Shown here: positions 62,362 to 64,000 of the stretch, in pieces
Position numbering within the stretch: position 1 is the stretch's first letter
Layout of the letters: each line of letters starts with the position of its first letter
Program-made: the position numbers and the translations under genes
The notes under the pieces: model-generated
What the model saw: only the letters and a program-made list of their open reading frames with translations
Told to the model about the DNA's origin: nothing
Databases searched by the model: none
From: Fimbriosthenelais zetlandica
Taxonomy: Eukaryota
Assembly (NCBI GenBank): GCA_977030845.1
Contig: OZ365112.1
Location: forward strand, 12,400,001-12,464,000
Direction of reading: 5' to 3'
Length of the DNA stretch: 64,000 nucleotides

Positions 62362-64000
62362 GGCTGGCCGTGGACTCCTGCAATTATAGTAATAGTAGCG
62401 CAATCTAGCAGATATGAGAAGAACTAAATTCAAATTTTAAATGGGGGCCCTTTATATATGACAGTGTAGCCCAATTGTGGTGAAGAATACACAGTGAACC
62501 TCGCATAATGTTCACTACTTTATAGCGAACATTTCACATAACGATCATTTCATGCCTGGTACAAAGCCACTTCCTCTTATTTCTTGTTTGAATATATATA
62601 CGGTATTCAATTTCACTATATTCCCCCTAGGTCCCCCTATAATAGTTTGTTGAGTCTTATCCGAGCTGTTTTTCAAAATTTATAAACCGAATATTTGATC
62701 TGCACGTCGTGGAAAATTTCCACGTGGAAATCCAGGCTCGGTACGTTCAGGTTTGGACGTAAGGGCTATTTTATTCACTAATTTAATAAGACAAAAAATC
62801 CTTATTCCACATTACATAACTGTTACATTACCTCTGTTTTAATTTCCCTGGACTTCTTCTTCGCTTCATATTGGAAGTGATATGGGGATAGGAATAATTT
62901 GACACACACCCTATCGATATGAGGCACCAGAGAAAAGTGAATGAAATTGATGAAGTTCAACTTACCTCGCGAGATCACAATAATAGTGGATCTATTCTGG
63001 TACAGGGAATAGCTTGATTGAAAGTATAGGTTAAATATAGCATTCCCTTCTTGTGGTCCACATTTCTGAAATAGGAAATTTTGTTCACACCCTTAGGAGA
63101 GTACGTTTGAGCGTGTCTTCTAAATACTGGTATGTAAATTGGTCAAGGAGGGCCAGTGATCATAGATAGAAGATAAGACATCCCGTCCGTTCCTTATAAA
63201 TATTAAACAGTAATCTATAATTGTAAAGTACAAGGTATAGGGACAACTCAGGGAAAACACTCCAAAGATTCTCTTAAACGGTTTATCATGATGAACTCTG
63301 ATACCGTCATACGAGGTATCAAAACCGACATACATGTATTTAGCGATATCCCCTATATAATATATCATATTTGTGGTTAGATATTTTATATAACCAATCA
63401 AGAATATGAATCTTTTTTAATACTATGTGATATATGACAGGCCCATTATAAAGCTTGGTTCTTTTATTTCATCAAAATGTTCCATCTTTTATCTATATAA
63501 ATATGTATATTAAGAAGATGCAAAATAAGAAACAAATGGCTATTTTTTGTAATCAAATATTGGACATTTGTATAATTTTATTTTCTCTTACTGCATACTA
63601 ATGACAATTTAAATCCATGTTGCTAATACTCGGATAAACAATGATATTACCTTGGCCTATATCTTTGCCTCTTTGCTTATGTCTGAATGCCTCAGAGAGA
63701 TACGTTTTATGAATTGTATTTGTGAACTCAACCTATATTCCATTTGGAGCTAATCTATCGAGAATAATATGGCAAGTCTCATGGTTGACTTGATATGAAT
63801 GTGTAACGCAAATTATAGATTACGATAATGTAAGTATCACACATGCATGCGCGCCTGAAATAAGTCAAGAGATTAAATATATATGTTAGATCGTGATATT
63901 CGAGATAGGACTGCACTGTAGGCTAATTAAACTTTCAATCTACTATACATTAATACGGAAGACAAAGAATCTGGTGGTGAATTCCTTGTATGTTATATAA

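Noticed and set aside
1-64000. CRISPR arrays, rRNA, intact tRNA, operons or viral genes
   Set aside because: None seen; all recognisable coding sequence is spliceosomal-intron-containing animal genes.

Overview
Eukaryotic, AT-rich, intron-containing genomic DNA from an invertebrate animal (possibly a lophotrochozoan; this is inference only). I assembled five spliced protein-coding genes by hand, all with GT-AG introns and consistent reading frames. (1) A divergent NR1-family (ROR/HR3-Rev-erb/E75 clade) orphan nuclear receptor, + strand, 17-5884, 1156 aa, with a very long hinge. (2) GW182/TNRC6, + strand, coding from at least 23984 to 34168, with several candidate alternative first exons between 10 and 22 kb. 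(3) TEX2 PH/SMP lipid-transfer protein, - strand, 48081-37573. (4) An FBXW10/CDRT1-like F-box WD40 protein, + strand, 50259-58547, divergent from TEX2. (5) A WS/DGAT wax-ester synthase with an HHxxxDG motif, - strand, 62361-59521. Also present: a hAT-type MITE with an 8-bp TSD, a second TIR element, a tRNA-derived SINE-like head and several tandem repeats. The most intriguing observation is an in-phase alternative GW182 first exon encoding MGGCC, a candidate myristoylation/palmitoylation signal. Also notable are a cluster of conserved miRNA seed sites in the GW182 3' UTR and an over-represented TAGGCCTA palindrome near promoters. No prokaryotic or CRISPR-type system is present. All regulatory and isoform claims are sequence-only hypotheses.
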